The notes beneath the pieces are model-generated. The model worked only from the letters and a program-made list of their open reading frames with translations. It was not told the origin of the DNA and searched no databases. Below are positions 63,090-64,000 of a DNA stretch of 64,000 bases, in pieces. The stretch comes from Clostridia bacterium. Its GTDB lineage: Bacteria; Bacillota; Clostridia; Saccharofermentanales; Saccharofermentanaceae. The stretch lies in assembly GCA_016281535.1 (NCBI GenBank), contig JAEEIT010000186.1, positions 3,514-67,513 on the forward strand. Direction: 5' to 3'. The translations under genes and the position numbers were made by a program. Positions within the stretch are counted from its first letter, which is position 1; every line of letters begins with the position of its first letter.

Positions 63090-64000
63090 ATGGAATTATC
63101 TTCGACGCCGCGCGGCGAGCGCATCTATATCGGGTTCTTCGGCATGAGAAATGCCGGCAAATCCAGCGTGGTCAATGCTTTTACCAATCAGGAGATCGCC
63201 ATCGTTTCCGATGTAAAGGGAACGACGACCGATCCTGTATATAAGGCGATGGAGCTTCTTCCTCTCGGACCTGTCATGATCGTGGATACTCCCGGCATGG
63301 ACGATGAAGGGGAACTGGGGATACTTCGTATCGAGAAGTGTAAAGAGGTCATGGCGAAGGTCGATATCGCGATCCTTGTAGTGGATGGAACGATCGGTAT
63401 GACGGACGGCGACCGTATGCTGAAGAAGATGTTCGAGGAGAGAAATCTCCCGTACATCACGGTATATAACAAGCTGGATCTGATTTCCCAGCGTATCGGA
63501 AAAGGGCGCACGAGAGAGGTCTCCAAGGACAGCATCTGGGTGTCGGCATCCGATAAGATCAACATTACGGATCTCAAGGAGATGGTGGCCCATCTGGTGG
63601 TGAATCCGAGTAACGGAAGGAAAATCATCTCTGATCTGATTTCCGAGGGGGATATCGTCGTACTGGTCACGCCGATCGATGAATCCGCACCGAAGGGACG
63701 TCTGATCCTTCCACAGCAGCAGACGCTCCGGGAGATTCTCGATACCGGTGCCATCGGCATCGTGACACAGGTTCCGCAGATCCCCAAGGTACTCTCTTCT
63801 CTGGCCAAAGCACCGAAACTCGTCGTTACGGACAGTCAGGCCTTTAAAGAAGTGAATGAGCTTGTACCGGAGGAGATCCCGCTGACATCGTTCTCGATGC
63901 TGTTCGCACGGTATAAGGGTGACCTCGGAGAGGCGATACTGTCGGCAAGATTTCTGGATACCCTTGAAAGTGGTGCGCGCATCCTGATCTCGGAAGGATG
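63090..64000 (+). CDS. hydF: [FeFe]-hydrogenase maturation GTPase HydF (3' end beyond window)
   Basis: The frame is open from ATG 63090 to the window end: MELSSTPRGERIYIGFFGMRNAGKSSVVNAF...DTPGMDD...YNKLD...ILPQQQTLREILD. G1, G3 and G4 motifs and HydF-specific blocks are present. It is absent from the ORF track because there is no stop in the window. Confidence 0.85.
   Translation, partial: MELSSTPRGERIYIGFFGMRNAGKSSVVNAFTNQEIAIVSDVKGTTTDPVYKAMELLPLGPVMIVDTPGMDDEGELGILRIEKCKEVMAKVDIAILVVDGTIGMTDGDRMLKKMFEERNLPYITVYNKLDLISQRIGKGRTREVSKDSIWVSASDKINITDLKEMVAHLVVNPSNGRKIISDLISEGDIVVLVTPIDESAPKGRLILPQQQTLREILDTGAIGIVTQVPQIPKVLSSLAKAPKLVVTDSQAFKEVNELVPEEIPLTSFSMLFARYKGDLGEAILSARFLDTLESGARILISEG

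Noticed and set aside
1-64000. I searched for mobile elements, prophage genes, toxin-antitoxin pairs, restriction-modification, reverse transcriptases and CRISPR-Cas.
   Set aside because: No transposase, integrase, recombinase, RT, methyltransferase/endonuclease pair, cas gene or spaced repeat array was recognisable in any frame. Absence is judged by eye only and should be confirmed with ISEScan, PADLOC or DefenseFinder.

Overview
This looks like a chromosomal segment of a Firmicutes/Clostridia-type genome. Supporting genes are the ctsR-mcsA-mcsB-clpC operon, NfnAB, HydF and GH94 phosphorylases. Hand-counted 60-nt lines give about 50-60% G+C in most genes. I call about 50 protein genes and one tRNA-Ala(GGC). 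I saw no rRNA, CRISPR array, transposase, integrase or phage genes, so the window is mostly core, not an obvious mobile island.

Content in order:
- 3' end of rpoC, then an NlpC/P60 wall hydrolase and a GlsB/YeaQ-type small membrane protein.
- The class III heat-shock operon with a textbook CtsR operator. It appears to be extended by three non-canonical genes: an HPr-kinase-like P-loop protein, TraX and an S24/S26 peptidase.
- A DUF4130/TIGR03915 protein, an ECF sigma/anti-sigma pair, MATE and small exporters, and 2-hydroxyacid dehydrogenase plus NfnAB.
- A roughly 12.6-kb same-strand ABC-type envelope locus (17.9-30.5 kb) that mixes exporter, importer and MacAB-like parts. It is followed by ApbE, a NusG-II protein, a Gx transporter and a YjeF_N protein.
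- purA, glmS and tRNA-Ala.
- An orphan SBP-like lipoprotein and two GH94 phosphorylases separated by a 614-nt hairpin-rich spacer.
- An envelope operon: PBP1A, a YidC-like/LtaS-like fusion and a TagF-like protein.
- rlmD, a compositionally low-GC sbcCD pair, a complete sugar ABC importer, and the 5' part of hydF.

I could not recognise any named defence or mobile system. The best candidates for something undescribed are:
1. The composite ABC locus, especially the long-coiled-coil adaptor translationally coupled to an FtsX-less MacB periplasmic-core protein, together with two beta-rich/SBP fusion lipoproteins.
2. The HprK-like/TraX/peptidase extension of the CtsR operon.
3. The YidC-sulfatase fusion.
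4. The structured 614-nt spacer upstream of the second GH94 gene.

All functional calls come from motif recognition by eye. No searches were run.
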